NCBI GenBank assembly: GCA_044240195.1
Contig: JBIHZX010000001.1
Coordinates: 71,576 to 135,575, forward strand
DNA: 64,000 nucleotides
Source of the DNA: Candidatus Nanopelagicales bacterium
GTDB taxonomy: Bacteria; Actinomycetota; Actinomycetes; S36-B12
Direction of reading: 5' to 3'
Shown here one piece after another: positions 41,112-53,178 of this stretch (positions within the stretch are counted from its first letter, which is position 1; each line of letters begins with the position of its first letter). The position numbers and the translations under genes are program-made. Under the pieces are notes generated by a model. That model was not told the DNA's origin. It searched no databases and worked only from the letters and a program-made list of their open reading frames with translations.

Positions 41112-42057
41112 GATCCCGGTGAAACACTGAGGCCTGCAGTCCCCTATCCCGCAACATCATTGCGAGTTGCTCGGTCATCGCGACACTACGATGTTTCCCC
41201 CCTGTACAACCAACAGCGACGGTAACTAATCGCTTGCCCTCGCGCAGGTACCCTTCACGCATTGTGCCAAGCAGGTCCTGAAAATGTGTCAAGAAATCCA
41301 AGGCACCCGGCTGCTCGACAACACTTTGAGAAACAGCTGCGTCTTGACCTGTAAGAGGTCGCAACTGTTCGTCCCAGTAAGGATTCGGCAAAAAGCGAAC
41401 ATCTGCAACCATGTCAGCATCAACCGGAATTCCATACTTAAAACCAAAAGACAGTACCGTTATGTGAAAGTCTGTCTCATCCTGTGTATCAAACGCCGCT
41501 TCGACCCTGCGTCGAAGGTCATGAACGTTAAGCGAAGTTGTGTCTATCACGAGGTCTGCGACCGCTCTGATATCGCCTAATATCTCGCGCTCACGCGAAA
41601 GACCGTCGATTATTCGATGATCGAGTGTTCCTTGCGAATTTTGCAGCGGATGTGGTCGGCGCGAAGATTCAAATCGACGAACGAGGCTCTCATCCGTGGC
41701 CTCAAGAAAAACAATCGTGACACTGCCAACGCGCGGGGTGAGGTCCGCCAGAACCGAACTCAGTTGGGCAAACAGCGAGCGGCTTCGAGTATCGACGACG
41801 ACGGCAACCTTTTTAATATCTGAGCTGCGGCTCGCCAGTTCAAGGGCTTCAAGGAGCAGTGTTGGTGGGATGTTGTCAATTACGAACCAGCCCAGATCCT
41901 CAAGCGCTCGGGCAGCCGTCGTCCGACCCGCCCCACTCATCCCGGTGAGAATGATGAGTTCGGAGTCCTTCAGGTTAGTGTCCGGCACCTGCACGCTCCT
42001 CCGTAAATTCTCACTTTTATTCGTTCCCAAAATGACACTACCGCTTCTGTCAAGCAC
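41098..42057 (-). CDS. rapZ: RNase adapter / nucleotide-binding protein RapZ (YvcJ)
   Basis: 319 aa. Walker A GMSGAGRT and C-terminal GCTGGKHRSV. Confidence 0.9.
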   Translation of the reverse strand: MLDRSGSVILGTNKSENLRRSVQVPDTNLKDSELIILTGMSGAGRTTAARALEDLGWFVIDNIPPTLLLEALELASRSSDIKKVAVVVDTRSRSLFAQLSSVLADLTPRVGSVTIVFLEATDESLVRRFESSRRPHPLQNSQGTLDHRIIDGLSREREILGDIRAVADLVIDTTSLNVHDLRRRVEAAFDTQDETDFHITVLSFGFKYGIPVDADMVADVRFLPNPYWDEQLRPLTGQDAAVSQSVVEQPGALDFLTHFQDLLGTMREGYLREGKRLVTVAVGCTGGKHRSVAMTEQLAMMLRDRGLQASVFHRDLGRE

Positions 42058-43897
42058 CGTCGGGATGCAAACTATTCCAAATTATTTCGGCGCTCTTTGC
42101 ACCAACACCATCAGCCGCACCGAGCTCGGAGACGCTGGCCGCTCTAATATTCTTAACCGAACCGAAAGTGCTTAAAAGGGACTTGATCGTTACGGGACCA
42201 ACACCGGGGATTTCTGCAAGGGCACTTTTGAGCGACGTTGCATTACGCCGCTTCCTGTGGTGGCTAATTGCCGCCCGATGGGCTTCGTCGCGGACTCTTT
42301 GTAATAAATGCAGCGCATGACTATTTCGCGCGAAAATGATCGGATCGCTCTGGTCCATCACCCAAACTTCTTCGAGGCGCTTGGCAAGCCCAACCACAGG
42401 AATACTGAGGCCACAGTCACGCAATGCTGATGCGGCTGCTTTGACCTGTCCCGCAGCACCATCGATAACTAAGAGTGATGGTTGATAGGAGAAGCGCGTA
42501 CTTTCCTCATCGGCTGAGATCCTGAATCGCCGGGAGACCACTTCATAGACGCTAGAAAGGTCATCCTTGCGTTCACCCTTAATGATGAACTTTCGGTAAT
42601 CAGACTTCTTGGGTAATCCATCCTCGAATACAACTAGTGATCCCACGGTCTCAGTACCGGCCAGCGTGGATATATCGATACATTCGATACGCAAGGGGGG
42701 GTCGGGTAACCCCAAGACTTCCTGCAGATCATTGAGGGCCTGAGTTCGAACAGTTATGTCGGCACTTTTTTCCAGTCGCGCCTTAACGAGTGATCGTTCC
42801 GAGTTCTCGACAGCAGTAGCCATCAGTGCCCGCTTGTCCCCACGTTGTGGAATACGCAAATCCACCTTGTATCCGCGCGTGTCAGCCATCCATGCGGACA
42901 GGGCCGTGTCATTTGATGGCAACTGTGACAAAAGAACCTCTTTCGGTATTCCATCCGTGGCGATGTCGGAATAGACCCTCGTCAGGATTCGCTCTACATA
43001 ACCAGCTTCTTCAAGTTCCTCGGTCCGCTCCACCACAAAAAAGCGCTCGCCCGTTATCCGACCACCTCGAACATGAATCATCTGGACTCCAACGTGAAGT
43101 TCATCAAAGTGAAATCCAAGAAGATCAGCATCGGTTGAGTCATCAAATACAACCGAATTCCTTTCGAGAACTTTTTCCAACGCAATGAGCCGATCGCGCC
43201 ATTTGGCAGCAGCCTCGTAGTCTTCTCTCGCAGCCGCATCCCTCATCTGATCAGTAATGTTGTCGACGAATTCACGGGTTTGGCCGCTAAGAAAGCGCAT
43301 CAGCTGGTCAACCAGCTCGCGATAATCTTCAACGGATATTCGATCAACACAAGGTGCGCTACATTTATCGATATAACCGAGTAGACAGGCCCGACCACTT
43401 CGCTTTGCTTGATTGAAAACACCATTGCGACAGGATCGAACAGGAAAAACTCGAATTAACTCTTCCAAGGTCGCTTTGATGGCCCACACTTGTGTATAAG
43501 GACCGAAATACCGCGTGCCTTTCTTTTTTGCTTCTCGAACTACCGCGACGCGTGGGTAATCCTCGCCCACGGTCACTGCAAGGTAGGGATATGTTTTATC
43601 GTCTCGGAAGCGCACATTAAAACGTGGCGAATACTCCTTGATCCACGAATATTCCAAAACCAGTGCTTCAACCTCATTACCAACCGTCAGCCAATCGACA
43701 CTTGATGCTGTTGTAAGCATCTTCTGTGTCCTGGCGTGCAATGCACTGAAATCCTGAAAATACGAGCTAAGGCGCGAACGTAGATTGTTAGCCTTTCCGA
43801 CATACACGACTCGACCCTCGGGGTCGCGAAAGCGATAGACACCAGGGTTAATCGGGATGCTTCCTGGTGCTGGGCGATAACTCGAGGGATCAGACAT
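42050..43897 (-). CDS. uvrC: Excinuclease ABC subunit C
   Basis: 615 aa. GIY-YIG N-terminus (GVYRF...VVYVGKA), UvrBC domain and C-terminal HhH. Confidence 0.95.
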   Translation of the reverse strand: MSDPSSYRPAPGSIPINPGVYRFRDPEGRVVYVGKANNLRSRLSSYFQDFSALHARTQKMLTTASSVDWLTVGNEVEALVLEYSWIKEYSPRFNVRFRDDKTYPYLAVTVGEDYPRVAVVREAKKKGTRYFGPYTQVWAIKATLEELIRVFPVRSCRNGVFNQAKRSGRACLLGYIDKCSAPCVDRISVEDYRELVDQLMRFLSGQTREFVDNITDQMRDAAAREDYEAAAKWRDRLIALEKVLERNSVVFDDSTDADLLGFHFDELHVGVQMIHVRGGRITGERFFVVERTEELEEAGYVERILTRVYSDIATDGIPKEVLLSQLPSNDTALSAWMADTRGYKVDLRIPQRGDKRALMATAVENSERSLVKARLEKSADITVRTQALNDLQEVLGLPDPPLRIECIDISTLAGTETVGSLVVFEDGLPKKSDYRKFIIKGERKDDLSSVYEVVSRRFRISADEESTRFSYQPSLLVIDGAAGQVKAAASALRDCGLSIPVVGLAKRLEEVWVMDQSDPIIFARNSHALHLLQRVRDEAHRAAISHHRKRRNATSLKSALAEIPGVGPVTIKSLLSTFGSVKNIRAASVSELGAADGVGAKSAEIIWNSLHPDGA

Positions 43898-43912
43898 CAG
43901 ATATTACGTGGA

Positions 43913-44308
43913 TTAGCCAAAACTGACTTTGGTTCCATCGACTGCCACCGCTGCCGCGGCTAACCCTTCGGTGGCAGGTCCTTGAATAACTGAACCATCT
44001 AATGCCGAGAATATGGATCCATGGCATGGACAAAAAATCGCATTATCGCTCACTTCACTGACCTTGCAGCCCTGGTGCGGACAGATCGACGTGAAGGCCT
44101 TCACTTCACCAGCGGTGGGCTGGGTGAGGACAACGGGTGGTTCAGAAACAATGATTCCACCGCCAACGGGAATGTCAGCCAACGCAATTGAATCTGCGGT
44201 CATGGTGACGGCCGTTTCCTCAGCGCAGGAAGCCACGGATACACCAACTACCGCAAGGGCTCCCGTGACTGCTCCGGCCTTGAGAACGTCTCTTCGCTTC
44301 ATCGTCAT
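43913..44308 (-). CDS. Tat-secreted Rieske [2Fe-2S] lipoprotein
   Basis: 131 aa. Twin-arginine signal KRRDVLKAG, lipobox SVASC and Rieske ligands CPHQGC...CPCHGS. Confidence 0.85.
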   Translation of the reverse strand: MTMKRRDVLKAGAVTGALAVVGVSVASCAEETAVTMTADSIALADIPVGGGIIVSEPPVVLTQPTAGEVKAFTSICPHQGCKVSEVSDNAIFCPCHGSIFSALDGSVIQGPATEGLAAAAVAVDGTKVSFG

Positions 44309-44313
44309 TCTCC

Positions 44314-47169
44314 CTAGTTTTTGAGTTTCATATTTTTGAGAAATCTACCCGTATGACTTGCCTTGACCGCTGCAATGTCAAGCGGTGTCCCTTCGGCAAC
44401 GACTTTTCCACCGCCCGACCCTCCTTCGGGTCCCATGTCAATTATCCAGTCAGCTGATTTAATCACATCAAGATTATGTTCAATTACGATGACACTGTTG
44501 CCTTTATCGACCAGACTTTGTAACACGAGTAGCAATTTTCTAATATCTTCGAAGTGCAACCCGGTTGTTGGCTCATCAAGAATATAAATAGTTCGCCCTG
44601 TCGAACGTTTTTGTAATTCTGCTGAAAGTTTTACCCGTTGAGCTTCCCCGCCAGAGAGAGTGGGTGCGGATTGACCCATCCGGACGTAACCCAAACCAAC
44701 CTCTACCAATGTCTTGAGGTGGCGCGAGATTGCCGGGATTGCAGCGAAGAATTCACTGGCTTCCTCGATGGGCATGTTAAGCACATCAGCAATTGTTTTG
44801 CCTTTGTAGTGAACCTCGAGTGTCTCCCGGTTGTAACGCGCTCCATGGCACACCTCGCATGGCACGTAGACGTCGGGAAGGAAGTTCATTTCAATTTTTA
44901 GGGTTCCGTCACCGCTGCAAGCTTCACAGCGACCACCTTTGACATTGAAACTGAATCTGCCCGGTTGATATCCACGAACTTTCGCTTCCTGTGTCTGGGC
45001 AAATAGTTTGCGAACATGGTCGAATACGCCAGTGTAGGTAGCAGGGTTACTGCGAGGGGTCCTTCCAATCGGACCTTGATCAACGTGGACCACCTTGTCC
45101 ACCTGGTCGAGCCCCGTAACCTTGGTGTGCTTACCTGGTACAACCGAGGCGCCGTTAAGTTCTCGTGCCAAAACGTTCAGTAGGACGTCGTTGACCAGAG
45201 TCGACTTGCCAGAACCGCTGACTCCACTGATTACGCAAAGATTCCCCAAAGGAAAATCAACATCTACATTTTGCAAATTATGCTCTTTGGCGCCACGAAC
45301 ACCTATCCAGCCACGGTCTTGACTTCGCCGTTGCTCAGGGACCGCGATGCTGCGTGCACCAGAAATGTATGCACCGGTTATCGATCTCTTCGATTTCATA
45401 AGGTCTTCGAGCTTTCCACTGACAACTACTTCGCCCCCGTGCTCCCCTGCACCCGGACCTATGTCAACGATCCAGTCCGCCATTCTGATTGTGTCTTCAT
45501 CGTGCTCGACGACAATCAAAGTATTTCCCAAATCACGCAAACGAATAAGCGTCTCAATGAGTCGTTCGTTATCACGTTGATGTAAGCCAATGCTCGGCTC
45601 ATCAAGCACATAGAGAACACCGGTGAGACCGGATCCAATTTGGGTGGCTAACCGAATTCGTTGAGCCTCTCCACCCGCGAGTGTTCCCGCAGCGCGGTCC
45701 AGTGAGAGATAATGCAATCCGACGTCAACGAGGAACTGTAGGCGTTCATTCACTTCTTTGAGCACCCTCGCGGCGATGGTTTCATCACGCTTGGATAATT
45801 TCAATGAGGCGAGTAAATCGCGTGCGCCGCTGATGGGCAGTGCAGCAATCTGCGCAATGGAATGATCTGACACGGTTACAGCTAACGTCAACGGTTTGAG
45901 TCTACTTCCCTGACACGCTACACAGGGAACTTCTCGCATGAACCCTTCAAAGCGCTCACGGGATGAGTCGGTGTCAGCCTCTGCGTGGCGGCGTGCAATA
46001 AAGTTGACGACTCCTTCGTAAGTCGTGTAATACGAGCGCTGACGACCGTAGCGGTTCTTAAATTTTACGTGTAATTCGGAATCCGTTCCGTAAAGAATTG
46101 CTTTGCGGTTCTTGGGACTTAGCTTTGACCACGGGGTATCCATGTCAATCCCAATTTCCTCCGAGAGGGCTTCAAGTAATCTTTTGAAGTACTCACTCAC
46201 CGTTCCGCGTGACCATGGAGCGATAGCACCTTCATTGAGCGATGCTGCTGTGTCGGGAATGACTAACTCTTCATCGACTGCGCGAGTGACTCCTAAGCCC
46301 GAACACGAGGGACACGCACCGAAGGGAGAGTTGAAAGAAAATGATCGCGGTTCAAGTTCTTCAAAAGACAAGCCATCTCGCATGCATGCCAAATGCTCAC
46401 TCAGGGTTAACTCTCGTTTTGGATCATCTGCTGGCCGATCCACAAAATCCAGGGTGACATTCCCGTGTCCGAGCCGTAGAGCCGTTTCCACCGAGTCCGT
46501 CATCCGCTGACGTGACTCAGGATTCACTAAGAGGCGATCAACCACTACCTCAATGGTGTGCTTTTCCTGCTTCTTAAGCGCTGGAACGCTGTCGAGTGAA
46601 TAGATTTCGCCATCGACACGTACGCGGGAGTAGCCATCCGCTTGAAGTTGTTTAAAGACCTCAAGGTATTCACCCTTACGCTCTCGTATCAGTGGTGCCA
46701 GTACCTGGAACTTCGTTTTCGCCGGCATCTCCAGAATCTGATCAACTATCTGTTGGGGCGTTTGCTTAGCAATTGGGTCACCGCACTCAGGACAGTGCGG
46801 CTTTCCGATTCGAGCGTAAAGCAGCCGTAGGTAATCGTAGATTTCCGTGATCGTTCCAACAGTGGATCGAGGGTTACGCGAGGTTGATTTTTGGTCAATA
46901 GAAACTGCTGGGGAAAGGCCTTCGATAAAATCAACATCGGGTTTATCCATCTGGCCAAGGAATTGCCGGGCGTAGGCCGACAGGCTCTCCACATAACGTC
47001 TCTGACCCTCAGCGAAGATCGTGTCAAATGCCAAGCTGGACTTCCCTGACCCGGACAATCCGGTGAAGACAATGAGAGCATCACGGGGCAAATCCACTGA
47101 AACGTTCTTGAGATTGTGCTCTCGAGCGCCTCTAATGATTAACTTTTCCACCCAAACCCATTCCCACAT
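44314..47169 (-). CDS. uvrA: Excinuclease ABC subunit A
   Basis: 951 aa. GAREHNLKN, two ABC modules and zinc fingers. The start could instead be GTG 47151. Confidence 0.95.
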   Translation of the reverse strand: MWEWVWVEKLIIRGAREHNLKNVSVDLPRDALIVFTGLSGSGKSSLAFDTIFAEGQRRYVESLSAYARQFLGQMDKPDVDFIEGLSPAVSIDQKSTSRNPRSTVGTITEIYDYLRLLYARIGKPHCPECGDPIAKQTPQQIVDQILEMPAKTKFQVLAPLIRERKGEYLEVFKQLQADGYSRVRVDGEIYSLDSVPALKKQEKHTIEVVVDRLLVNPESRQRMTDSVETALRLGHGNVTLDFVDRPADDPKRELTLSEHLACMRDGLSFEELEPRSFSFNSPFGACPSCSGLGVTRAVDEELVIPDTAASLNEGAIAPWSRGTVSEYFKRLLEALSEEIGIDMDTPWSKLSPKNRKAILYGTDSELHVKFKNRYGRQRSYYTTYEGVVNFIARRHAEADTDSSRERFEGFMREVPCVACQGSRLKPLTLAVTVSDHSIAQIAALPISGARDLLASLKLSKRDETIAARVLKEVNERLQFLVDVGLHYLSLDRAAGTLAGGEAQRIRLATQIGSGLTGVLYVLDEPSIGLHQRDNERLIETLIRLRDLGNTLIVVEHDEDTIRMADWIVDIGPGAGEHGGEVVVSGKLEDLMKSKRSITGAYISGARSIAVPEQRRSQDRGWIGVRGAKEHNLQNVDVDFPLGNLCVISGVSGSGKSTLVNDVLLNVLARELNGASVVPGKHTKVTGLDQVDKVVHVDQGPIGRTPRSNPATYTGVFDHVRKLFAQTQEAKVRGYQPGRFSFNVKGGRCEACSGDGTLKIEMNFLPDVYVPCEVCHGARYNRETLEVHYKGKTIADVLNMPIEEASEFFAAIPAISRHLKTLVEVGLGYVRMGQSAPTLSGGEAQRVKLSAELQKRSTGRTIYILDEPTTGLHFEDIRKLLLVLQSLVDKGNSVIVIEHNLDVIKSADWIIDMGPEGGSGGGKVVAEGTPLDIAAVKASHTGRFLKNMKLKN

Positions 47170-47266
47170 AATGTGCCACTGATGTATTTCCGAGCTTGCC
47201 TAATCTTATTCGTCTTTCACCCTGCCGGCTCCTTTGGGAACCCGCGTCCGAAGCCCGTTTGATCGC

Positions 47267-47272
47267 TATAGT
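47267..47272 (+). promoter_or_regulatory. -10 element (TATAGT) of a leaderless promoter for the MBL-fold gene
   Basis: TATAGT, then 6 nt (ctgaat), then ATG 47279. Confidence 0.4.
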
Positions 47273-47278
47273 CTGAAT

Positions 47279-47929
47279 ATGTATAACGGGAATACCCAGG
47301 TAAATGGTCCTGCGCACGTTCGTGAGTTGCCTAATCTTCTGATTAGCAAAATCACCGTAGGTCCTTACAACAACAATTCGTATCTGTTGAGGTGTGCGAA
47401 AACGGGCACCGAGGTGCTGATCGACGCTGCAGCAGAACCGGATCGGTTACTCACTCTCGTCGGGCCCGGCGGACTGACGGCTGTCCTCACCACTCACGGT
47501 CACCACGACCACTGGGGCGCTTTGGCCGAGGTTGTGAGCGCCACTGGTGCGGAAACCTTTGCTCCTGAGGCAGACATCGGTTTAATTGATGTTCCCACCG
47601 ACCACGTGTTGGCGCCCGGCGCTACCGTCACCTTTGGCGATATTTCGCTGAGAATCCTGAGTACCGGTGGTCACACACCTGGTGCGAGTATGTTTTTCTA
47701 CGATGATCCATTCGGCCACGGACACCTATTTTCCGGGGATTGTCTTTTTCCCGGGGGTGTCGGCAAGACCACAACACCCGAAGACTTCACAACTCTATTC
47801 GGTAGTGTGAAGGAACAGGTGTTTGATGCACTCCCTGATACAACCTGGGTATATCCGGGTCATGGCAATGACACCACGGTTGGAGCTGAACGAGCCTCAC
47901 TCGACTCGTGGCAAGACCGAGGCTGGTAG
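47279..47929 (+). CDS. MBL-fold metallo-hydrolase (glyoxalase II-like)
   Basis: HxHxDH motif THGHHDHWG and downstream His/Asp ligands. The ORF track begins at TTG 47234; ATG 47279 is preferred because of the -10 spacing. Confidence 0.85.
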   Translation: MYNGNTQVNGPAHVRELPNLLISKITVGPYNNNSYLLRCAKTGTEVLIDAAAEPDRLLTLVGPGGLTAVLTTHGHHDHWGALAEVVSATGAETFAPEADIGLIDVPTDHVLAPGATVTFGDISLRILSTGGHTPGASMFFYDDPFGHGHLFSGDCLFPGGVGKTTTPEDFTTLFGSVKEQVFDALPDTTWVYPGHGNDTTVGAERASLDSWQDRGW

Positions 47930-47936
47930 ATACTGT

Positions 47937-48929
47937 TTAGACTTCATCCTCTGGCTTCGCATCGGTGAGTCGACCGGCATGGCCTATGGCGCCTGGGTCG
48001 CGTTTCACCTTGATCGCTGAACCGATAGCGACAGCAATAAGTACGATCGCGATGAAAGCCAAGCTCATGTTTGTGGAAATCTTGGGAATTGCGCTATTCA
48101 CTTCATGGAAATAGGTCAAGAGCAACTTGATTCCGATGAATATCAAAATAACTGATAGCCCCAATGACAAGTAAATCATCTTGTCCAACAGACCACGCAG
48201 CAGGAAATAAAGGGCCCGGAGTCCTAGCAGCGCAAAGGCGTTGACGGTAAAAACAAGATATGGCTCTTGGGTGACGCCGAAAGTCGCTGGGATTGAGTCA
48301 AGGGCGAAAAGGAGATCCGTGGTCCCGATAGCAAACATCACCAGAAGCAACGGGGTCGCGAAGCGCAGACCATTCTCTTTAATGAACAGTTTGGTTCCGT
48401 GGTAATCGTCTGTGAAGCGGTAACGCTTGCGAGCAATGCGAACCATGAGGTTGTCACGCGGATCAGGGTCCTCGTCACGGTGTCGCATTAACTGGATACC
48501 GGTCCAGATCAGCAAGGCACCAAAAATAACAAATGTGAATGAGAAATACTCCAGGGCGGTCGCACCGATCGCAATGAAGATGCCTCGCAAAACTATTGCT
48601 AGCGCAACTCCGATCAATAAAACTCGCTGATGCAGATTGAATGGGACAGCGAACTGCGTCAGAATAATAATAAAGACAAATAGATTATCAATACTGAGTG
48701 ATTTCTCTACGAGATATGCCGCAAAATACTCTGTTCCATATTGCGGACCTTGCCAAGCGTAGATGAAGACACCAAATGCGACGGCTATACCGACATAAAA
48801 AATTGACGTCCATAATGCTTCTTTGAACTTGACGTCATGTGCCTTACGCGAGATCGCAATAAAATCAATGGCCATGAGAGCTGTGATGCCCAAAATTGTT
48901 ATCAGCCACAAGCCAAGTGATATTTCCAT
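47937..48929 (-). CDS. TerC family integral membrane protein
   Basis: 330 aa, multi-TM. LSIDNLFVF and ALDSIPA TerC motifs. Starts 3 nt after the uvrB stop. Confidence 0.85.
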   Translation of the reverse strand: MEISLGLWLITILGITALMAIDFIAISRKAHDVKFKEALWTSIFYVGIAVAFGVFIYAWQGPQYGTEYFAAYLVEKSLSIDNLFVFIIILTQFAVPFNLHQRVLLIGVALAIVLRGIFIAIGATALEYFSFTFVIFGALLIWTGIQLMRHRDEDPDPRDNLMVRIARKRYRFTDDYHGTKLFIKENGLRFATPLLLVMFAIGTTDLLFALDSIPATFGVTQEPYLVFTVNAFALLGLRALYFLLRGLLDKMIYLSLGLSVILIFIGIKLLLTYFHEVNSAIPKISTNMSLAFIAIVLIAVAIGSAIKVKRDPGAIGHAGRLTDAKPEDEV

Positions 48930-48932
48930 TAG

Positions 48933-50981
48933 TTAATTTGCCTCCGCTGATTGCATTCCCCGTAATTCCTTCTTTAGATCTGAAATTTCATCTCGCAAAC
49001 GAGCTGCTAACTCGAATTGTAGTTCGGATGCTGCGGCCCGCATCTGGTCGCTGAGGTCCTGGATCAATGTTACAAGATCTCCGCTGGGAGTGTGCTTGCG
49101 GCTTTGTGAAATGTCAGTAGTAAATAATTTCGCCGTGTCTTCTTCTTCGCGTGAGAGCATATCGGTGATGTCAGCAATTTTTTTACGCAAGGGCTGAGGG
49201 TCAACCCCCATTTTTTTATTGTAGGCAACCTGTTTAGCCCGGCGTCGGTTCGTTTCATCAATAGCTTTGGCCATTGAAGGCGTGATCTTGTCTGCATACA
49301 TGTGCACCTGCCCATTAACATTTCGAGCGGCACGACCAATGGTTTGAATCAGCGATGTCCCCGAGCGAAGGAATCCCTCCTTGTCAGCATCGAGGATCGC
49401 GACGAGCGAGACCTCGGGTAGATCAAGTCCTTCGCGCAAAAGATTGATACCCACTAAGACGTCAAAAACACCTAGGCGCAATTCGCGAAGGAGTTCAACC
49501 CTTCGCAAGGTATCCACTTCAGAATGCAAGTATTGAACTTTGATTCCATGCTCAGCCAAATAGTTCGTCAGATCCTCGGACATGCGCTTCGTAAGAGTTG
49601 TAACGAGAACCCGCTCATTTTTTTCTACGCGAATTCGAATCTCATGGATCAGATCATCGACCTGTCCCTGCGTTGGCTTAATAACAACCTCAGGGTCGAC
49701 GAGGCCGGTAGGTCGAATAACTTGCTCAACAACGTCACCCTGAACCGCGGTAAGTTCGTAGGGTCCTGGTGTCGCCGAGAGATAGACCGCCTGACCAATA
49801 CGCTCCTCAAATTCTTTCCACCTTAATGGCCGGTTGTCCATGGCACTTGGTAACCGAAATCCATGCTCCACCAATGTTCGCTTTCGGCTGGCATCACCCT
49901 CGAACATAGCGCCGATTTGCGGGACCGTCACATGCGATTCGTCGATGACCAAGAGGTAGTCCTCGGGGAAATAGTCAATGAGGCAGTTGGGTGGACTACC
50001 GGGTTCGCGACCATCGATGAATCGGCTGTAGTTTTCAATGCCCGAACAGAAACCCACCTGCTGCATCATTTCGATATCAAACGTTGTTCGCATCTTTATC
50101 CGTTGCGCCTCGAGCAATTTTCCTTGCTTCTCGAATTCTGCAACTCGCTGCTCCAACTCAATCTGGATTTCACCAATTGCCCGAGACATACGCTCAGGAC
50201 CTGCGACATAGTGCGTCGCGGGGAAGATGTACATCTCATCGTCTTCGGTAATAATTTCACCGGTGACGGGGTGAAGTGTCATCATGCGCTCAATCTCATC
50301 TCCGAACATCTCAATCCGCACCGGATGTTCTTCGTATACCGGGAAGATTTCAACAGTGTCCCCGCGAACCCGGAACGTTCCTCGAGTAAAGGCAACATCA
50401 TTTCTGGTGTACTGGATGGCGACAAGGGCCCGCAATAGTGAATCCCGCGAATACTCTTCCCCCACTCGAAGTCGAATCATCCGGTCGACGTATTCCTGAG
50501 GAGTCCCTAAACCATAGATCGCAGAAACCGTAGCAACCACTAAAACATCACGTCTGGTCAGCAAACTATTCGTGGCCGAATGCCTAAGCCGTTCAACTTC
50601 CTCATTGACCGTTGAGTCTTTTTCAATAAAGGTGTCAGATTGCGGAACGTAGGCTTCTGGCTGGTAATAGTCGTAGTAGGAGACGAAGTACTCAATCGCA
50701 TTATTCGGAAGTAACTCCCGAAATTCCGTTGCAAGTTGAGCCGCAAGCGTTTTGTTCGGAGCCATGACCAATGTGGGTCTTTGCAACTTTTCAACCAGCC
50801 ATGCTGTCGTTGCGCTCTTACCTGTACCGGTAGCACCGAGTAATACGGTGTTCTTTTCCCCGGATCGAATGCGTTGAACGAGGGCTTCAATTGCAGCCGG
50901 CTGATCACCCGATGGCTGAAAAGGTGAAATTACTTCAAATGGAGCAACCGTTCTCGTCAGATCGGTTACGGGCCTGGTCAC
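48933..50981 (-). CDS. uvrB: Excinuclease ABC subunit B
   Basis: 682 aa. GATGTGKS helicase motif I, DESH box and C-terminal UVR domain. Confidence 0.95.
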   Translation of the reverse strand: MTRPVTDLTRTVAPFEVISPFQPSGDQPAAIEALVQRIRSGEKNTVLLGATGTGKSATTAWLVEKLQRPTLVMAPNKTLAAQLATEFRELLPNNAIEYFVSYYDYYQPEAYVPQSDTFIEKDSTVNEEVERLRHSATNSLLTRRDVLVVATVSAIYGLGTPQEYVDRMIRLRVGEEYSRDSLLRALVAIQYTRNDVAFTRGTFRVRGDTVEIFPVYEEHPVRIEMFGDEIERMMTLHPVTGEIITEDDEMYIFPATHYVAGPERMSRAIGEIQIELEQRVAEFEKQGKLLEAQRIKMRTTFDIEMMQQVGFCSGIENYSRFIDGREPGSPPNCLIDYFPEDYLLVIDESHVTVPQIGAMFEGDASRKRTLVEHGFRLPSAMDNRPLRWKEFEERIGQAVYLSATPGPYELTAVQGDVVEQVIRPTGLVDPEVVIKPTQGQVDDLIHEIRIRVEKNERVLVTTLTKRMSEDLTNYLAEHGIKVQYLHSEVDTLRRVELLRELRLGVFDVLVGINLLREGLDLPEVSLVAILDADKEGFLRSGTSLIQTIGRAARNVNGQVHMYADKITPSMAKAIDETNRRRAKQVAYNKKMGVDPQPLRKKIADITDMLSREEEDTAKLFTTDISQSRKHTPSGDLVTLIQDLSDQMRAAASELQFELAARLRDEISDLKKELRGMQSAEAN

Positions 50982-51601
50982 GAACTAATCTTATGGGCTC
51001 GCTTCACAATCTCCTTCCACACAAAAGTGCAGGCCTTTTCAAACTCCTGTCGTGTGCCACTGTTATCAATCACCCATGTTGCTGCCTGATTGCGCTCCAC
51101 ACGCGAGCTTTGATTGCGAATCCTTGCCTCGGCTTGTTCAACACTCATACCCCGACTTGCGGCCAGCCGCTCAACCTGTTGAGGAAAGTCACAGTCGATC
51201 ACTACCACAACGTCGCAAAGCTCTACCGAGTTAGTTTCCACTAACAATGGCATGTCGTAAACAACAATCTGATCCGAACTTACCTTCGAAATCTGGGAAA
51301 GTGCCACAGCTCGAATCCTCGGATGCATGATCGCGTTGAGTGCTGACAGTGCATGTTCATCATTGAAAACAATTGTGGCCAAAGCGGCCCGGTTCAATGA
51401 GCCATCGGTTTGAAGGATTCCATCACCAAATATCTCAAACAGTTCGCCGATCACCGGGGATCCGAGCGAGGTCAGTTCCCGGGAAATACCATCAGCATCA
51501 ATAACAACGGCGCCGTGCTCTAAAAAACACGACGCCGCTGCTGACTTACCTGAACCAATACCACCGGTTAAACCGACGACAAAAGGCATGTGGTGAGCCA
51601 T
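50978..51601 (-). CDS. coaE: Dephospho-CoA kinase
   Basis: P-loop [11 protein letters not shown] close to the ATG at 51601, which lies 4 nt after the rpsA stop. The ORF-track extension to 51715 overlaps rpsA. 4-nt overlap with uvrB. Confidence 0.9.
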   Translation of the reverse strand: MAHHMPFVVGLTGGIGSGKSAAASCFLEHGAVVIDADGISRELTSLGSPVIGELFEIFGDGILQTDGSLNRAALATIVFNDEHALSALNAIMHPRIRAVALSQISKVSSDQIVVYDMPLLVETNSVELCDVVVVIDCDFPQQVERLAASRGMSVEQAEARIRNQSSRVERNQAATWVIDNSGTRQEFEKACTFVWKEIVKRAHKISS

Positions 51602-51605
51602 AAAA

Positions 51606-53063
51606 TTACTCGGTAGTGAGTTTGTCCCGAAGAGCCTGCAGCGCAGAGTCGTCAGCCAAAGTTCCTTCACTCGCTGTTGTCTCTGATGAGTAAGCGCTGG
51701 CATCACCCGACTCAACCGCAGCTGCCTGGTCGGCCTCTTTGGCTTCGCTCATCTGCTTGCGGTGAGCTTCCCAACGCGAATGTGCTTCTGCATACTCACG
51801 CTCCCAGTCCGAACGCTGTTCCTCAAAGCCGGCTTTCCACTCACCAGTTTCAGGATCAAATCCTGCGGGACCGGTGTAGTTGCCTGCCTCGTCGAACGCC
51901 GGAGCCATTCCATACAGGTAAGGATCGAATTCTTCAACCGCCTGGCCGTCAGATGAGTCATTGGCCTGCTTCAGTGAGAGAGAGATTCGACGGCGTTCCA
52001 AATCGATGTCGATGACACGAACAAAAATGTCGTCGTTGACCTGAACGATTTGCTCGGGCATTTCAATGTGACGCTCAGCGAGTTCGGATATGTGGACGAG
52101 TCCTTCAATCCCCTCGTCGACACGAACGAATGCACCGAATGGAACCAGCTTCGTGACCTTGCCCGGCACGACCTGATTAATGCCGTGGGTACGTGCGAAG
52201 TGCTGCCATGGGTCTTCCTGAGTGGACTTGAGTGAGAGTGATACCCGCTCGCGGTCCATGTCAACTTCAAGTACCTCAACGGTAACTTCATCGCCAACTT
52301 GAACGACCTCGGATGGGTGATCTATGTGCTTCCATGACAGTTCTGAAACGTGGACAAGACCGTCGACGCCACCTAGATCAACGAACGCACCAAAGTTAAC
52401 AATGCTGGAAACAACGCCATTACGAATCTGACCGCGCTGAAGTTGATTCAGGAAGGTTTGACGGACTTGACTCTGGGTCTTCTCGAGGTAGGCACGGCGG
52501 GAAAGAACCACGTTATTCCGGTTCTTGTCCAACTCGATGATTTTCGCTTCAAGAACTTTGCCAATGTATGGCTGCAGGTCACGGACGCGACGCATTTCCA
52601 CCAAAGAAGCTGGCAGGAAGCCTCGAAGGCCGATATCAACAATCAGACCACCCTTGACAACTTCAATGACCAAGCCTTCGACGACACCGTCTTCTTCTTT
52701 GATTTTTTCAATAGTGCCCCATGCGCGCTCGTACTGTGCACGCTTCTTGGAGAGAATCAACCGACCCTCTTTGTCCTCTTTCGTGAGGACGAGTGCTTCA
52801 ACGACGTCGCCAACACTGACCACTTCACTGGGGTCAACGTCATGCTTAATTGAAAGTTCGCGGGAAGGGATTACGCCTTCAGTTTTGTAGCCGATATCAA
52901 GGAGAACTTCGTCTCGATCGACCTTGACAACAATTCCTTCGACGAGATCCCCGTCATTGAAGTATTTGATTGTTGCGTCAATTGCAGCGAGGAAATCCTC
53001 GGCGGATCCGATGTCGTTGATTGCGACCTGGGGTGCTGTTGTAGTTATGGTTGGGGTTGTCAT
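51606..53063 (-). CDS. rpsA: 30S ribosomal protein S1
   Basis: 485 aa. Four S1 (OB) repeats with GxVxxxxxFGAFV motifs and an acidic C-terminal tail. Confidence 0.95.
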   Translation of the reverse strand: MTTPTITTTAPQVAINDIGSAEDFLAAIDATIKYFNDGDLVEGIVVKVDRDEVLLDIGYKTEGVIPSRELSIKHDVDPSEVVSVGDVVEALVLTKEDKEGRLILSKKRAQYERAWGTIEKIKEEDGVVEGLVIEVVKGGLIVDIGLRGFLPASLVEMRRVRDLQPYIGKVLEAKIIELDKNRNNVVLSRRAYLEKTQSQVRQTFLNQLQRGQIRNGVVSSIVNFGAFVDLGGVDGLVHVSELSWKHIDHPSEVVQVGDEVTVEVLEVDMDRERVSLSLKSTQEDPWQHFARTHGINQVVPGKVTKLVPFGAFVRVDEGIEGLVHISELAERHIEMPEQIVQVNDDIFVRVIDIDLERRRISLSLKQANDSSDGQAVEEFDPYLYGMAPAFDEAGNYTGPAGFDPETGEWKAGFEEQRSDWEREYAEAHSRWEAHRKQMSEAKEADQAAAVESGDASAYSSETTASEGTLADDSALQALRDKLTTE

Positions 53064-53178
53064 GGAGAAAATGGCTCCGGTGGATTAGATGTTGTGGGTG
53101 CCTCAACGCCGTTTGTGAGGATTCTAGGTCTGATCCTCGAGCGCCTAAGGCCCTTGGAGCCTAATGCTTCACATTTAC

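Noticed and set aside
47170-47233. I looked for an SOS box (GAAC-N4-GTTC) or the PafBC/RecA-independent motif (TGTCRGTG-N8-TAnnnT) upstream of uvrA.
   Set aside because: Only a partial match (CATCAGTG) is present, without a correctly spaced -10, and there is no LexA-type palindrome.
48930-48932. I expected a yybP-ykoY (Mn) riboswitch in front of the TerC-family gene.
   Set aside because: terC starts 3 nt after the uvrB stop, so there is no leader.
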